Source: Chryseosolibacter sp. (GTDB lineage Bacteria; Bacteroidota; Bacteroidia; Cytophagales; Cyclobacteriaceae). Taken from it: DNA of 64,000 nucleotides. This document shows, piece by piece, positions 31,578 through 40,377 of this stretch (positions within the stretch are counted from its first letter, which is position 1; every line of letters starts with the position of its first letter). A program made the position numbers and the translations under genes. The DNA lies in NCBI GenBank assembly GCA_036402115.1, contig DASWTM010000051.1, positions 184 to 64,183 of the forward strand, given 5' to 3'. The notes under the pieces were generated by a model that did no database searches, was not told the origin of the DNA, and saw only the letters and a program-made list of their open reading frames with translations.

Positions 31578-31731
31578 CCCCAATCCCCTAAAGGGACTTT
31601 GGCACTTCGTAGAGACATCACCGGAGATGAACACCCACCGCTGCTAAGACAATTTTATTTTGTAGCGTGACTTTGAAGATTTGCGCTTGGATCTGGGCGC
31701 GCATTGAAGTCTCCCTTGGGGGATTTAGGGC
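31578..31731. repeat. REP-like inverted element (CCCTAAAGGG family)
   Basis: ccccaatcccctaaagggactt (31578-31599) vs aagtctcccttgggggatttagggc (31707-31731). Confidence 0.65.
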
Positions 31732-31761
31732 AAAGAAAAAGGCTCTCACGGGGAGAGCCTT
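31732..31761 (-). terminator. Intrinsic terminator of sRNA copy 1
   Basis: Minus strand aaggctctc-cccgt-gagagcctt followed by tttcttt. Confidence 0.8.
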
Positions 31762-31879
31762 CCTGATCCTTTACAACACTTTCGGGCGTGAGCCCAGAAG
31801 AGTAGCGGACGCGAGGCCCGGCTAGGATGAGTTTTTAATGATTCCCGAAGGAGATTAAAGACTCATCTGTATAAGACTG
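31733..31879 (-). ncRNA. Candidate structured sRNA, copy 1
   Basis: Hairpins 31826-31867 (cUUCGg loop on the minus strand), 31803-31824 and 31778-31803; terminator 31739-31761 followed by a U-tract; paralog at 32220-32368; no ORF. Confidence 0.65.
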
Positions 31880-31907
31880 ACTTAGTATTATAAATTGGTA
31901 TGCCAAC
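31868..31907 (-). promoter_or_regulatory. Conserved promoter-like block of sRNA copy 1 (sigma54-like or ECF-like)
   Basis: GTTGGCATACCAATTTA...GTCAGTCTTATACA; the same blocks occur with identical spacing at 32357-32396. Confidence 0.5.
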
Positions 31908-32012
31908 CAGTTTTAAATTAAAAAGCGTTGATCGAATAGACGTCTGCTCTTCAACTATTTGTGGAATCCACATAATGCCATCGAAGACGAGTGCGTTGTC
32001 TGCAACTTTGTT

Positions 32013-32109
32013 CGGCTTTAGCCGGTTCAGTCAAGTAACCCCCGACTTAAGTCGGAGGTTACACGCGGTCTAGCCTCGACTTACTCTGGTAATTATCGAC
32101 TAAAGCCGG
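32013..32109. repeat. REP-like composite palindrome (GGCTTTAGCC family)
   Basis: cggctttagccg ... gtaacccccgacttaagtcggaggttac (palindrome 32035-32062) ... cgactaaagccgg. Confidence 0.7.
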
Positions 32110-32218
32110 CCAAGTCCAGTACTCCAAACAGTAGTGCGAATACAAGTGCTTATATTTCCCGAAAGAGATCTGTCTGGCCTACGTATGCATCTTTATTTCC
32201 TGTACACAATGCAATAAC

Positions 32219-32251
32219 AAAAAAAAGAAGGCTGCCCAAGGACAGCCTTCT
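32219..32251 (-). terminator. Intrinsic terminator of sRNA copy 2 (could also terminate the efflux operon)
   Basis: Minus strand agaaggctg-tccttggg-cagccttct followed by a run of T. Confidence 0.8.
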
Positions 32252-32368
32252 ATTTGATCTTACAAAACACTTTCAGGTATGATCCTAAAAGAGATGACGG
32301 GTATGATCCCGGCAATTAAGAGCGTTTAAGGTCTGTTACGATATTAAAAACTCCTATGTATAAGACTG
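32220..32368 (-). ncRNA. Candidate structured sRNA, copy 2
   Basis: Hairpins 32319-32354, 32295-32314 and 32270-32291 (the last two both have an AUCAUA loop); terminator 32226-32251 plus U-tract; G-U pairs favour the minus strand. Confidence 0.65.
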
Positions 32369-32396
32369 ACCTATTCTATTAAATTGGTGTGCCAAC
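32357..32396 (-). promoter_or_regulatory. Conserved promoter-like block of sRNA copy 2
   Basis: GTTGGCACACCAATTTA...GTCAGTCTTATACA. Confidence 0.5.
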
Positions 32397-32504
32397 GGAA
32401 AGTTCACAACGGTATGGCTGTCTGCTCCTCAGGGTTGCGGAATTTTAGTCGCCAAGCATTCACAATCTTCCCCATTTGTGTTTACGAATTGACACGAGTA
32501 AGTA

Positions 32505-33827
32505 TTATTTTAGCAAGCCGCCACTCAACCTCAGCAGTTCCGTTTCCGCTAGTTTCGTATTGTAGCGAGCAGAGATGAGGCGATTGTAAGCATCGGCTAA
32601 ACTTTGTTGGGCGGTGCGCAATTCAATGAAGGTGGTAACACCTCGTTTGAACCCTTCGAGTGCAATGAACACGTTCTCCTTCGCCAGACCGATCGTCTCT
32701 TCTTCAATTACCAGGATCTTTTTAGCATTCTCATAATTGATGTAGGCGTTATTCAACCCCACATTGACCGTTGCTTTGGCCTGGTCATAAAGTAACGATT
32801 GTCGGTTAACGTTGATCTTCGCCTGTTGCGTTAGTCGTCTGGTCGAGAATCCATTCAGGATAGGCAGCGTAACCGAGAAGCCATAATTGAAGCCATTTGA
32901 TAAGCTGTAGATCGTTCCGAAGGGGTTCAGTAGAATCCGGTTGTCGTTTTCGTTGTAGGTGTATGCTGCATTAAAATTCAAGAATGGAAGGTAATTCGCT
33001 TTATTCTCCCATACTGACAACTGTGCGATGTTGATGTTTTCGCGCGCAGCCATAAGGCCGAAATTTGTGTTTTCAGCATTCGTGAGAAGAGATTGCGCAT
33101 CCAGATTGAGATCGATAAGAATTGTATCGGCCACTTCGTAGTTGGCGGGCAGTTGCAACCCTGTCAATACGTTTAGTTGCTGCTTAAGCTGCTGAATGGT
33201 TGATTCCTGCTGGACGACCTGCGTGCGCTGCGCATTGTAATCTACGCGTGCCTGGAGTAATTCTGGCTTAATGCCGGTACCAACCTGCAACTTTCGTTCT
33301 GCGAGCTTCACTCGTTCTTCACTCACTGACATCTGCTCCTGAATCGCCATCAGCGATTGCTTCTGGCGCACGATATCGTAGTAGTTGCTGATCACGGATG
33401 CAATTGTGTTGACCATCTGGTCTTTGAGCGCCAGTTCGCTTTGCTTGTCAAGTGCACCAATGCGTTCGCGAATGGCAAACATTCGGGTTCCGTCAAAGAG
33501 TGTCCACACCAACTGAATGTTCGCGCTTTTGTTGACAAGCTCTGTATTGCCGGCATTGTTTCGTGATGCATCAGCAAAGCGCAGATCTTGTTCATTCAAT
33601 GTACGCAAGGTTGCAGCGTTTGCGTTGATCTGTGGAAGGTATGCACCCCAAGCGTAGTCCTTATCTGTCTCCGTAACTGTAGTCGTGTTCTCCGCTACTT
33701 TAATGTCGTAATTTTTTTCTAGAGCGAGCATGATCGCGCGCTCCAGCGTAATCTCTTCCTGCTGTGCTACGGTAGCCTGATATAGTCCGAGGGTGAAAAA
33801 AGCTACCGCGAAAAATCTAAGCTTCAT
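32505..33827 (-). CDS. TolC-family outer-membrane efflux protein
   Basis: Signal peptide; ALEKN, YLPQIN, WTLFDG, G...ELRTAQ; last gene of the MFP-RND operon. Confidence 0.9.
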   Translation of the reverse strand: MKLRFFAVAFFTLGLYQATVAQQEEITLERAIMLALEKNYDIKVAENTTTVTETDKDYAWGAYLPQINANAATLRTLNEQDLRFADASRNNAGNTELVNKSANIQLVWTLFDGTRMFAIRERIGALDKQSELALKDQMVNTIASVISNYYDIVRQKQSLMAIQEQMSVSEERVKLAERKLQVGTGIKPELLQARVDYNAQRTQVVQQESTIQQLKQQLNVLTGLQLPANYEVADTILIDLNLDAQSLLTNAENTNFGLMAARENINIAQLSVWENKANYLPFLNFNAAYTYNENDNRILLNPFGTIYSLSNGFNYGFSVTLPILNGFSTRRLTQQAKINVNRQSLLYDQAKATVNVGLNNAYINYENAKKILVIEEETIGLAKENVFIALEGFKRGVTTFIELRTAQQSLADAYNRLISARYNTKLAETELLRLSGGLLK

Positions 33828-36800
33828 AAATTAATTCCTTGTGTGGTTGTGGAGGCGATGGACGGTCTCCGGTTTCAACATGTTTGCGTTCGCGTGACAA
33901 GAATGTGTAAATCGCTGGAATCACGAACAGTGTCAGAATCAATGAGAACATAATTCCGCCCACAATCACAATTCCAAGCGGTTGACGACTGGTTGAGGCA
34001 TCTCCCAGTGACAACGCGAGTGGCAACGATCCAAGCGCCATGGCAAGTGATGTCATCAAAATCGGGCGAAGACGCATTCTCGAAGCTTCCAATACCGCTT
34101 CAAACTTTCCAAGACCTTCTTCACGTTTTTGATTCGCAAACTCAACGATGAGGATACCGTTCTTCGTCACCAGACCAATCAGCATAATCATCCCAATTTG
34201 CGAGAAGATGTTCAACGTCTGGCCAAAGATCCAAAGTGATATGAATGCACCACAAATCGCGAGCGGCACCGTGAACATGATTGTTAACGGATCAACAAAG
34301 CTTTCGAACTGCGCTGCAAGGATCAGATAGATCAGCAACAAGGCAAGGACAAAAGCGAATGATGTATTGCTCGCGCTTTCCGCATAATCACGCGAAGAAC
34401 CCGTCAGCGAAGTGGTAAAGCTTTCGTCTAGCACCTGATCTGCAATTTGTTCCATCACTTTGATTCCATCGCCAATGGTCTTCCCCGGTGCGAGGCCAGC
34501 AGAAATCGTAGCCGACTTATAACGATTAAAGTGATACAATGACGGTGGAGTTGTTGATTCGGAAACCGTAACCACGTTGTCGATGGAGATCAACTGTCCT
34601 GAATTTGTTCTTACGTATAGATTTTTCAGGTCGTCCGGATCATCGCGATTTATCTTCGTTACCTGACCCATCACCTGGTATTGTTTTCCCTCCTTGGTAA
34701 AATAACCGAATCGCAGGTTACTATAGGCGAGCTGGAGTGTCTGCGCAATGTCTTGCACACTAATTCCCAACTGAGAAGCTTTTAATCTGTTGATCGAAAC
34801 TTTCAATTCGGGTTTGTTAAACTTCAGGTCGGTATCAACACCCATCAATGTTGGATTCTGCTGAGCCGCCTCAAGAAATTTCGGAAGTGCTTCCTGCAGC
34901 TTATCGAAGTTGTTGTTCTGAATGACGAATTGCACGGGTAGCCCGCCTCTTCGGTTAACGGAGATCGTTTGCTCCTGAATGGCAAACGCTCTTCCTTCCG
35001 GGAATCGCGACATGTTCTTTGAAACCATGTCGACAATTTCCTGCTGAGATCGATCGCGTTCATCCGGATCTGAAAGTGCAACACGCACAAACGCAGTGTT
35101 GACGGAACCGGATCCGGTAAATCCAGGCGCAGTAACAGAGATGATCGTTCTGTATTCAGGAACAGAATCCTGAAGGAATCCGACCATTCGTTGAACATAA
35201 TCGTCCATGTAATCGTAAGATGTTCCTTCTACCGCTGTCATCTGAAGACGAAATTGATTTCTGTCTTCCATTGGTGCGAGTTCAGATTGAATGGATGTAG
35301 CGATGAAATAGGTTGCTACCAAACACACTCCGATGATCACCCACGCGAGTCTGCGCATCTTCATGAATCCACCCAGCCAGCGGTAATAACCGTTCTCCAT
35401 TCCCCGGAAGAAAGGTTCTGACCATTCGTAAAATCTTGAATTCTTATGCTTGCTGCGCGTGAGCTTCACACTCAACACGGGCGTAAGCGTCAACGACACG
35501 AAGCATGATACCAACACTGCACCGGCAACCACAATTCCAAACTCGCGGAACAAACGTCCTACGAAACCCTCGAGGAAAAGAATTGGAAGGAATACAACCG
35601 CCAGCGTGATGGAAGTAGAGATAACTGCGAAGAAAATTTCTTTCGAGCCTTCGCGCGCTGCCTGGTATTTATTCATACCACTCTCAAGTTTCTTATAAAT
35701 GTTTTCCGTCACAACAATACCATCATCCACGACAAGACCGGTGGCCAGCACAATTCCCAGCATTGTCAACACGTTTATCGAAAACCCGCACAGATACATA
35801 ATGAAGAAGGTCGCAATAAGCGATACGGGAATATCAATCAATGGACGCACTGCGATGATGAAATCCCGGAAGAACAAATAGATGATCAATACAACAAGTA
35901 AGAACGAGATGATCAGCGTTTCTTCTACTTCTGAAATTGAACGCTTGATGAAAATCGTCTGATCAAGCGCCACGTTGAGCGAAATGTCGGCAGGAACATC
36001 TTTCTTGATTTGTTCCAGACGTTTATAGAATTCATCGGCAATCTCCACGTAGTTCGCTCCTGGAAGTGGCACAAGCGCAAGACCAACGCCCGCCATATTG
36101 CTTTCCCGAAATTGTGATTCTTCATTCTCAGGGCCAAGTGTTGCCTCACCCACATCCTTCAAACGAATATCTCCAGTTGCGGCCGACTTAATAATTACGT
36201 TTTCAAAATCTTCCTCAGTATAAAGCTTTCCAAAGGTTCGTACTGTCAATTCCGTAGCGATACCTGAAATTTTCCCGGAAGGCAACTCCACATTTTCGCG
36301 ATTGAGTGCATTCTGAACATCTAGCGGTGTAAGGCTGTAAGCACTTAGTTTCCCGGGATCCAACCAGATGCGCATGGCGTAGCGCTTTTCTCCCCACACC
36401 TGAATACTGCTTACGCCCGGAATTGTCTGAAGGCGTTCCACCAACACGTTATTAGCGTACTCAGTGAGTTCGAGAATATTTTTGGTGTTGCTATTCACCG
36501 TCATAGAGAGAATAGCATCCGAGTTGGCATCGGCCTTTGAAACAACCGGAGGCGCTGTCAGATCCTGTGGAAGAGAGCGCGCTGCCTGCGAAACTTTATC
36601 ACGAACATCGTTGGCAGCAGCTTCAAGATCAACACTCAGCTCGAACTCTATATTAATGTTGCTTCGCCCCACACTGGAGGCGGAAGTGATATTCTTGATA
36701 CCAGCGATACCGTTGATTGACTTTTCTAACGGTTCAGTGATTTGCGATTCAATAATATCCGCGTTCGCACCCGAGTAACTCGTGCTTACGTTGACATTCG

Positions 36801-36927
36801 GTGGATCGATCGCAGGGTAGTCGCGAATACCAAGGAAATTGAAACCAATTATTCCAAACACCACGAGGATGATGTTCATTACGAACGCCAGGACCGGGCG
36901 CTTTAAACTTAACTCTGAAATGTTCAT
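33817..36927 (-). CDS. RND efflux permease (AcrB family)
   Basis: 1036 aa; GLVVDDGIVVTENI, GLVTKNGILIVEF, RLRPILMT. Confidence 0.95.
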   Translation of the reverse strand: MNISELSLKRPVLAFVMNIILVVFGIIGFNFLGIRDYPAIDPPNVNVSTSYSGANADIIESQITEPLEKSINGIAGIKNITSASSVGRSNINIEFELSVDLEAAANDVRDKVSQAARSLPQDLTAPPVVSKADANSDAILSMTVNSNTKNILELTEYANNVLVERLQTIPGVSSIQVWGEKRYAMRIWLDPGKLSAYSLTPLDVQNALNRENVELPSGKISGIATELTVRTFGKLYTEEDFENVIIKSAATGDIRLKDVGEATLGPENEESQFRESNMAGVGLALVPLPGANYVEIADEFYKRLEQIKKDVPADISLNVALDQTIFIKRSISEVEETLIISFLLVVLIIYLFFRDFIIAVRPLIDIPVSLIATFFIMYLCGFSINVLTMLGIVLATGLVVDDGIVVTENIYKKLESGMNKYQAAREGSKEIFFAVISTSITLAVVFLPILFLEGFVGRLFREFGIVVAGAVLVSCFVSLTLTPVLSVKLTRSKHKNSRFYEWSEPFFRGMENGYYRWLGGFMKMRRLAWVIIGVCLVATYFIATSIQSELAPMEDRNQFRLQMTAVEGTSYDYMDDYVQRMVGFLQDSVPEYRTIISVTAPGFTGSGSVNTAFVRVALSDPDERDRSQQEIVDMVSKNMSRFPEGRAFAIQEQTISVNRRGGLPVQFVIQNNNFDKLQEALPKFLEAAQQNPTLMGVDTDLKFNKPELKVSINRLKASQLGISVQDIAQTLQLAYSNLRFGYFTKEGKQYQVMGQVTKINRDDPDDLKNLYVRTNSGQLISIDNVVTVSESTTPPSLYHFNRYKSATISAGLAPGKTIGDGIKVMEQIADQVLDESFTTSLTGSSRDYAESASNTSFAFVLALLLIYLILAAQFESFVDPLTIMFTVPLAICGAFISLWIFGQTLNIFSQIGMIMLIGLVTKNGILIVEFANQKREEGLGKFEAVLEASRMRLRPILMTSLAMALGSLPLALSLGDASTSRQPLGIVIVGGIMFSLILTLFVIPAIYTFLSRERKHVETGDRPSPPQPHKELIYEA

Positions 36928-36952
36928 AACTTCAATTTAACAACCACCTACA

Positions 36953-38017
36953 CTACAGGGTTTTCACTTTCGTGATCTTCAATTTACTGTTGGGTCTGAT
37001 TGCCATCAGGCCTGTCGTTACAACGGTGTCACCAGCCTTCAGTCCTTCGAGGATCTGAACATATGATGAATCGCGGATCCCGGTTTGAACAACCGTAAAG
37101 AGTGCACTATCTTTTCTGAACACAATGACTTGCTTGTTGCGAATGCTTGGTATCACCGCTTGTGTCGGCACGAGCAACGCTTTGTCGTCCTGGCCAAGCT
37201 GCAGGTTAATACGAGCAAAAATACCAGGCACGAGTTCTGGATGCCGTTCATTCACAACCGCCTTCACACGAAGCGTTCGTGTATTTTGATCAACGCTGTT
37301 TTCCGTGGCGATGACCGAAGCAAAGTGGTCTTTAGTACCTCCGTCAACGCGAAATTTCACCTTATAATTTTTTTCAATTTGCTGGGCATATTTTTCAGGC
37401 ACGGCAAAGTCAAGTTTCAGACGTTCCACCTGGCGCACGGTTGTGATAATGGCTCCCGGAGCGATGAACGATCCGAGGCTCACATTGCGCAGACCAACTG
37501 TTCCCCGATACGGAGCACGAATTTCTGTCTTGGAGATTGCAATGCGGGTTGATTCGATATCGGCACGAAGGTTTTCGACATTCAAATTACTAAGATCATA
37601 GTCCTGTTGGCTGATGGCATTGATCTTAAGGAGTTCACGGTTACGCTCTTCAGTTTTTTCATTGATCTTGAGTTGCACCTGCAGCTTTTTCAGTTGTGCT
37701 TGCAAGTCCTGATCGAATAGTTTAACCAGCAGTGTTCCCTTCTCAACCGTAGTGCCTTCGTTAATATTCATTTGTACTATGCGCCCTCCAACTTCAGCGG
37801 CAATGGCAGTTTCCTCGAACGGGAGTAATGATCCTGGGACTTCAACTTCTTCACTGATTGAGCTTGGCTTAACAACAAAAGCATCGACCGGAACGGGACC
37901 CTGCTGACGACCTCTCCCTCCCGCTGCTGCAGCAGGGTTTTCTTCTTTTTTGCAAGCACCAAGGATCAACGAAAAAACTAAAGCACCGAAAAAAATCGGT
38001 TGGAGGATTAAACGCAT
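36953..38017 (-). CDS. RND efflux periplasmic adaptor (membrane fusion lipoprotein)
   Basis: Lipobox LGAC from ATG 38017; biotinyl-lipoyl-like GRIV...V.KG.LL; IRAPYRG; upstream of the RND gene. Confidence 0.92.
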   Translation of the reverse strand: MRLILQPIFFGALVFSLILGACKKEENPAAAAGGRGRQQGPVPVDAFVVKPSSISEEVEVPGSLLPFEETAIAAEVGGRIVQMNINEGTTVEKGTLLVKLFDQDLQAQLKKLQVQLKINEKTEERNRELLKINAISQQDYDLSNLNVENLRADIESTRIAISKTEIRAPYRGTVGLRNVSLGSFIAPGAIITTVRQVERLKLDFAVPEKYAQQIEKNYKVKFRVDGGTKDHFASVIATENSVDQNTRTLRVKAVVNERHPELVPGIFARINLQLGQDDKALLVPTQAVIPSIRNKQVIVFRKDSALFTVVQTGIRDSSYVQILEGLKAGDTVVTTGLMAIRPNSKLKITKVKTL

Positions 38018-38080
38018 ATTAGAATAAGTAACAATTTCTTTAAACACCGTTCAGGCCATTCTGGTTCTAAAGCAGTGGTA

Positions 38081-38683
38081 CTACTTTCGATGGCCTATGA
38101 ACTCATTGTGTAGTTTTAACACTTGAGGAATCAGCAGGACACTTTCATCATTTACGACAATATCATCGGCACGGTTGAGTTTTTCATCATCAGGCATCTG
38201 CTTTTCGACAATCGCCCTGATCTGTTCGACCGTTCGTGCATCTCTTTTTAACACACGCTGAATTCGCATTTCAACAGGCGCATGTACAACGATGATGCGA
38301 TCGAGAGCTTTATGACTACCGGACTCAAAAAGCAAAGCGGCTTCCTTTAGCACATACGGAAAACGCTGATGCTTTTCCACCCAGTTGCTGTAATCGACCG
38401 CTACGCGCGGATGAACCAGTTGATTGAGCCGCTGCAATTTTCCCTCATCATGAAAAACATGCTCAGCGAGATATTTTCTGTTGAGGCTACCATCCCCATG
38501 ATAGGCCAAATCACCGAATTCTTTTTTGATTCCCGATATCAGAATTCCATCGGTGGTCATAAGTTTTTTCGCATGGCTGTCGGCATCGTATACGGGAACA
38601 CCAAGCGTCATGAATATTTTACAGATCAGACTTTTTCCTGAACCTATGCTTCCTGTAATGCCAACCTGAAATGGTTTGCTCAC
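38081..38683 (-). CDS. coaE: Dephospho-CoA kinase
   Basis: GITGSIGSGKS, YDAD, VHPRV, EAALLFE. Confidence 0.95.
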   Translation of the reverse strand: MSKPFQVGITGSIGSGKSLICKIFMTLGVPVYDADSHAKKLMTTDGILISGIKKEFGDLAYHGDGSLNRKYLAEHVFHDEGKLQRLNQLVHPRVAVDYSNWVEKHQRFPYVLKEAALLFESGSHKALDRIIVVHAPVEMRIQRVLKRDARTVEQIRAIVEKQMPDDEKLNRADDIVVNDESVLLIPQVLKLHNEFIGHRK

Positions 38684-39625
38684 TCAGAGTTTAATGTTAA
38701 CTGAATCGATTTTTACAACGCGAACAAAAGGTGGAAGACCTTTTACTTTAGGCAAGATCCTGGCTTGACCGCGCTTAAAATCTTTAAGATCCATTACGGC
38801 ACGAGCTTCTTTCAGCACGTCCTGCATGTTTGTTCCTTCAGGAACTTCAAGCGTCACGGGGATCCACGCCTCCTCAATGTATGAGATTGTAGGCGGAATA
38901 TTTTCGGCTGCCAGTCTTACCGAATCCATGAGGTTAATCATGCGATCAACTTCGAACTGAATTTTTACTGTTGGCGGATCACGTTTGATCACATCTGACT
39001 GAGGAAGGTCAATCTCTACATCCTCGGAGAAGCTCTCGTCCAGATTTCGCTGACGCAGACGAAGTTTAAAAGGTTCTTTGATCCTGTTAATGATTGGTTT
39101 AGGCCCTTCCACAAAAATGCTGTCGGGCTCAATCACCACGTCACTCACCAGACCAAAACCTTTCTTTAAATGAAATTGGATCGAATCCATCGTCAGATGA
39201 ATCCATCGCCCGGCTTTCGGCTCAAGGTCTACGTATAGCGTGTCCGTTAGAACGAAATTGAGTTCCATGCCATCAACCTGGCTGGAGAAAAAAGGTTGAA
39301 GCGTATTACCGACAATCTTTTTCACATCCGCAGGCCGCTCCAGCGGAATTTCAAGCGGAACCACTTTAACTCCTGTGCTTCGCTTGAAAAGGTCCCAGCC
39401 ATTGCCCGTAACATTCAGACGAACTTGCGCTGGCAGATTTCTGACCGGAACAAAATTTTCGCGATCGTAATCAAAGCTAAGCGGAAAATTAATGTTGGTG
39501 GTGTACGATTTATTCAGCGCATTGAAAAACCAAAATACCGTTGCCGCGAAGAAACACAACACAACCGCTCTCCAGTTTCTACGATTGAAACGAACAATCT
39601 TCAAGATAGAATTGAAAAGCCTCAT
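38684..39625 (-). CDS. YbbR-like membrane-anchored protein
   Basis: N-terminal TM segment, beta-rich repeats; conserved position between yajC and coaE. Confidence 0.7.
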   Translation of the reverse strand: MRLFNSILKIVRFNRRNWRAVVLCFFAATVFWFFNALNKSYTTNINFPLSFDYDRENFVPVRNLPAQVRLNVTGNGWDLFKRSTGVKVVPLEIPLERPADVKKIVGNTLQPFFSSQVDGMELNFVLTDTLYVDLEPKAGRWIHLTMDSIQFHLKKGFGLVSDVVIEPDSIFVEGPKPIINRIKEPFKLRLRQRNLDESFSEDVEIDLPQSDVIKRDPPTVKIQFEVDRMINLMDSVRLAAENIPPTISYIEEAWIPVTLEVPEGTNMQDVLKEARAVMDLKDFKRGQARILPKVKGLPPFVRVVKIDSVNIKL

Positions 39626-39669
39626 GCGTTGGTTGTTAAACTTTTCAGGTTGCGGAAGAAACCGCCAAA

Positions 39670-39981
39670 CTATTTTTTCGCAGCAGCAGCCTTCGTAGCG
39701 TCTTGTGAAATAGCGCTCTTGTTGAAACGGATCCTTCCGCCCTTCTCAACACCGAGGATGAACGTGTCGCCTTCAAGTTCTTCCACATATCCATGTGCTC
39801 CACCGATCGTCACAACGTAATCCCCTTTTTTGATTTCGTCAATAAACTTCTTCTGCTCTTTCGCCTTTTTTTGCTGCGGACGAATCATGAAGAAATAAAA
39901 AATCAGGATGATCGCTCCAAAGAAGAAGAATGAGAAGTATGAGCTTTGGCCGTTTTGCGCCTGAAGTAAGATGGTTGACAT
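39670..39981 (-). CDS. yajC: Preprotein translocase subunit YajC
   Basis: FYFFMIRPQQKK, KGDYVVTIGG.HG. Confidence 0.95.
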   Translation of the reverse strand: MSTILLQAQNGQSSYFSFFFFGAIILIFYFFMIRPQQKKAKEQKKFIDEIKKGDYVVTIGGAHGYVEELEGDTFILGVEKGGRIRFNKSAISQDATKAAAAKK

Positions 39982-40082
39982 AGCTTTCGATTTTTTAAGC
40001 GTTCAAAGGTATGCGATTTCGGCCAATGTAGCGTGCACTAAACGAGCTTTTCACGTCTACTAATTAAAAAACGGCTATAGAA

Positions 40083-40374
40083 AGTAGGCAGTAGGCAAAT
40101 TGCAGTAGGCAATTACCTAAGTTCTTAAATTTCCTCTTTGAATTCCATTGAATCATGTAGCGAATCGTCTTTACTCAGATTTGCTTACTGCCAATTGTCT
40201 ACTGTCTACTATTTTACTTTAGTGGCTATTAAATGAAACAACCCAGGCCTTTAGGGGCTGGGTTGTTAGCTTTGCATGTCTCCAAGTACCTAGTTCGTCT
40301 TCGAAATTACATCGAATCAAATGGCAAATCTTTTTCAATCGGATTTGCCAACTGCCAATTGCCTACTGCCTACT
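40083..40374. repeat. AGTAGGC heptamer inverted cassette plus a partial second copy
   Basis: agtaggcagtaggcaaattgcagtaggca (from 40083) vs tgcttactgccaattgtctactgtctact (to 40210); second right arm tgccaactgccaattgcctactgcctact (to 40374). Confidence 0.8.
40237..40267 (-). terminator. Hairpin, possible terminator after the DUF1573 gene
   Basis: 10-bp stem aacaacccag/ctgggttgtt. Confidence 0.45.
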
Positions 40375-40377
40375 ATT

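Noticed and set aside
31733-32396. The duplicated unit as a CRISPR array, tRNA pair or retron msr-msd
   Set aside because: Only two long diverged copies, no repeat-spacer periodicity, no cloverleaf or TTCG T-arm consensus, and no cas or reverse transcriptase gene nearby.
32384-32578. 64-aa plus-strand ORF next to the candidate sRNA copy 2
   Set aside because: TTG start, overlaps the tolC end in antisense, and has no counterpart at copy 1.
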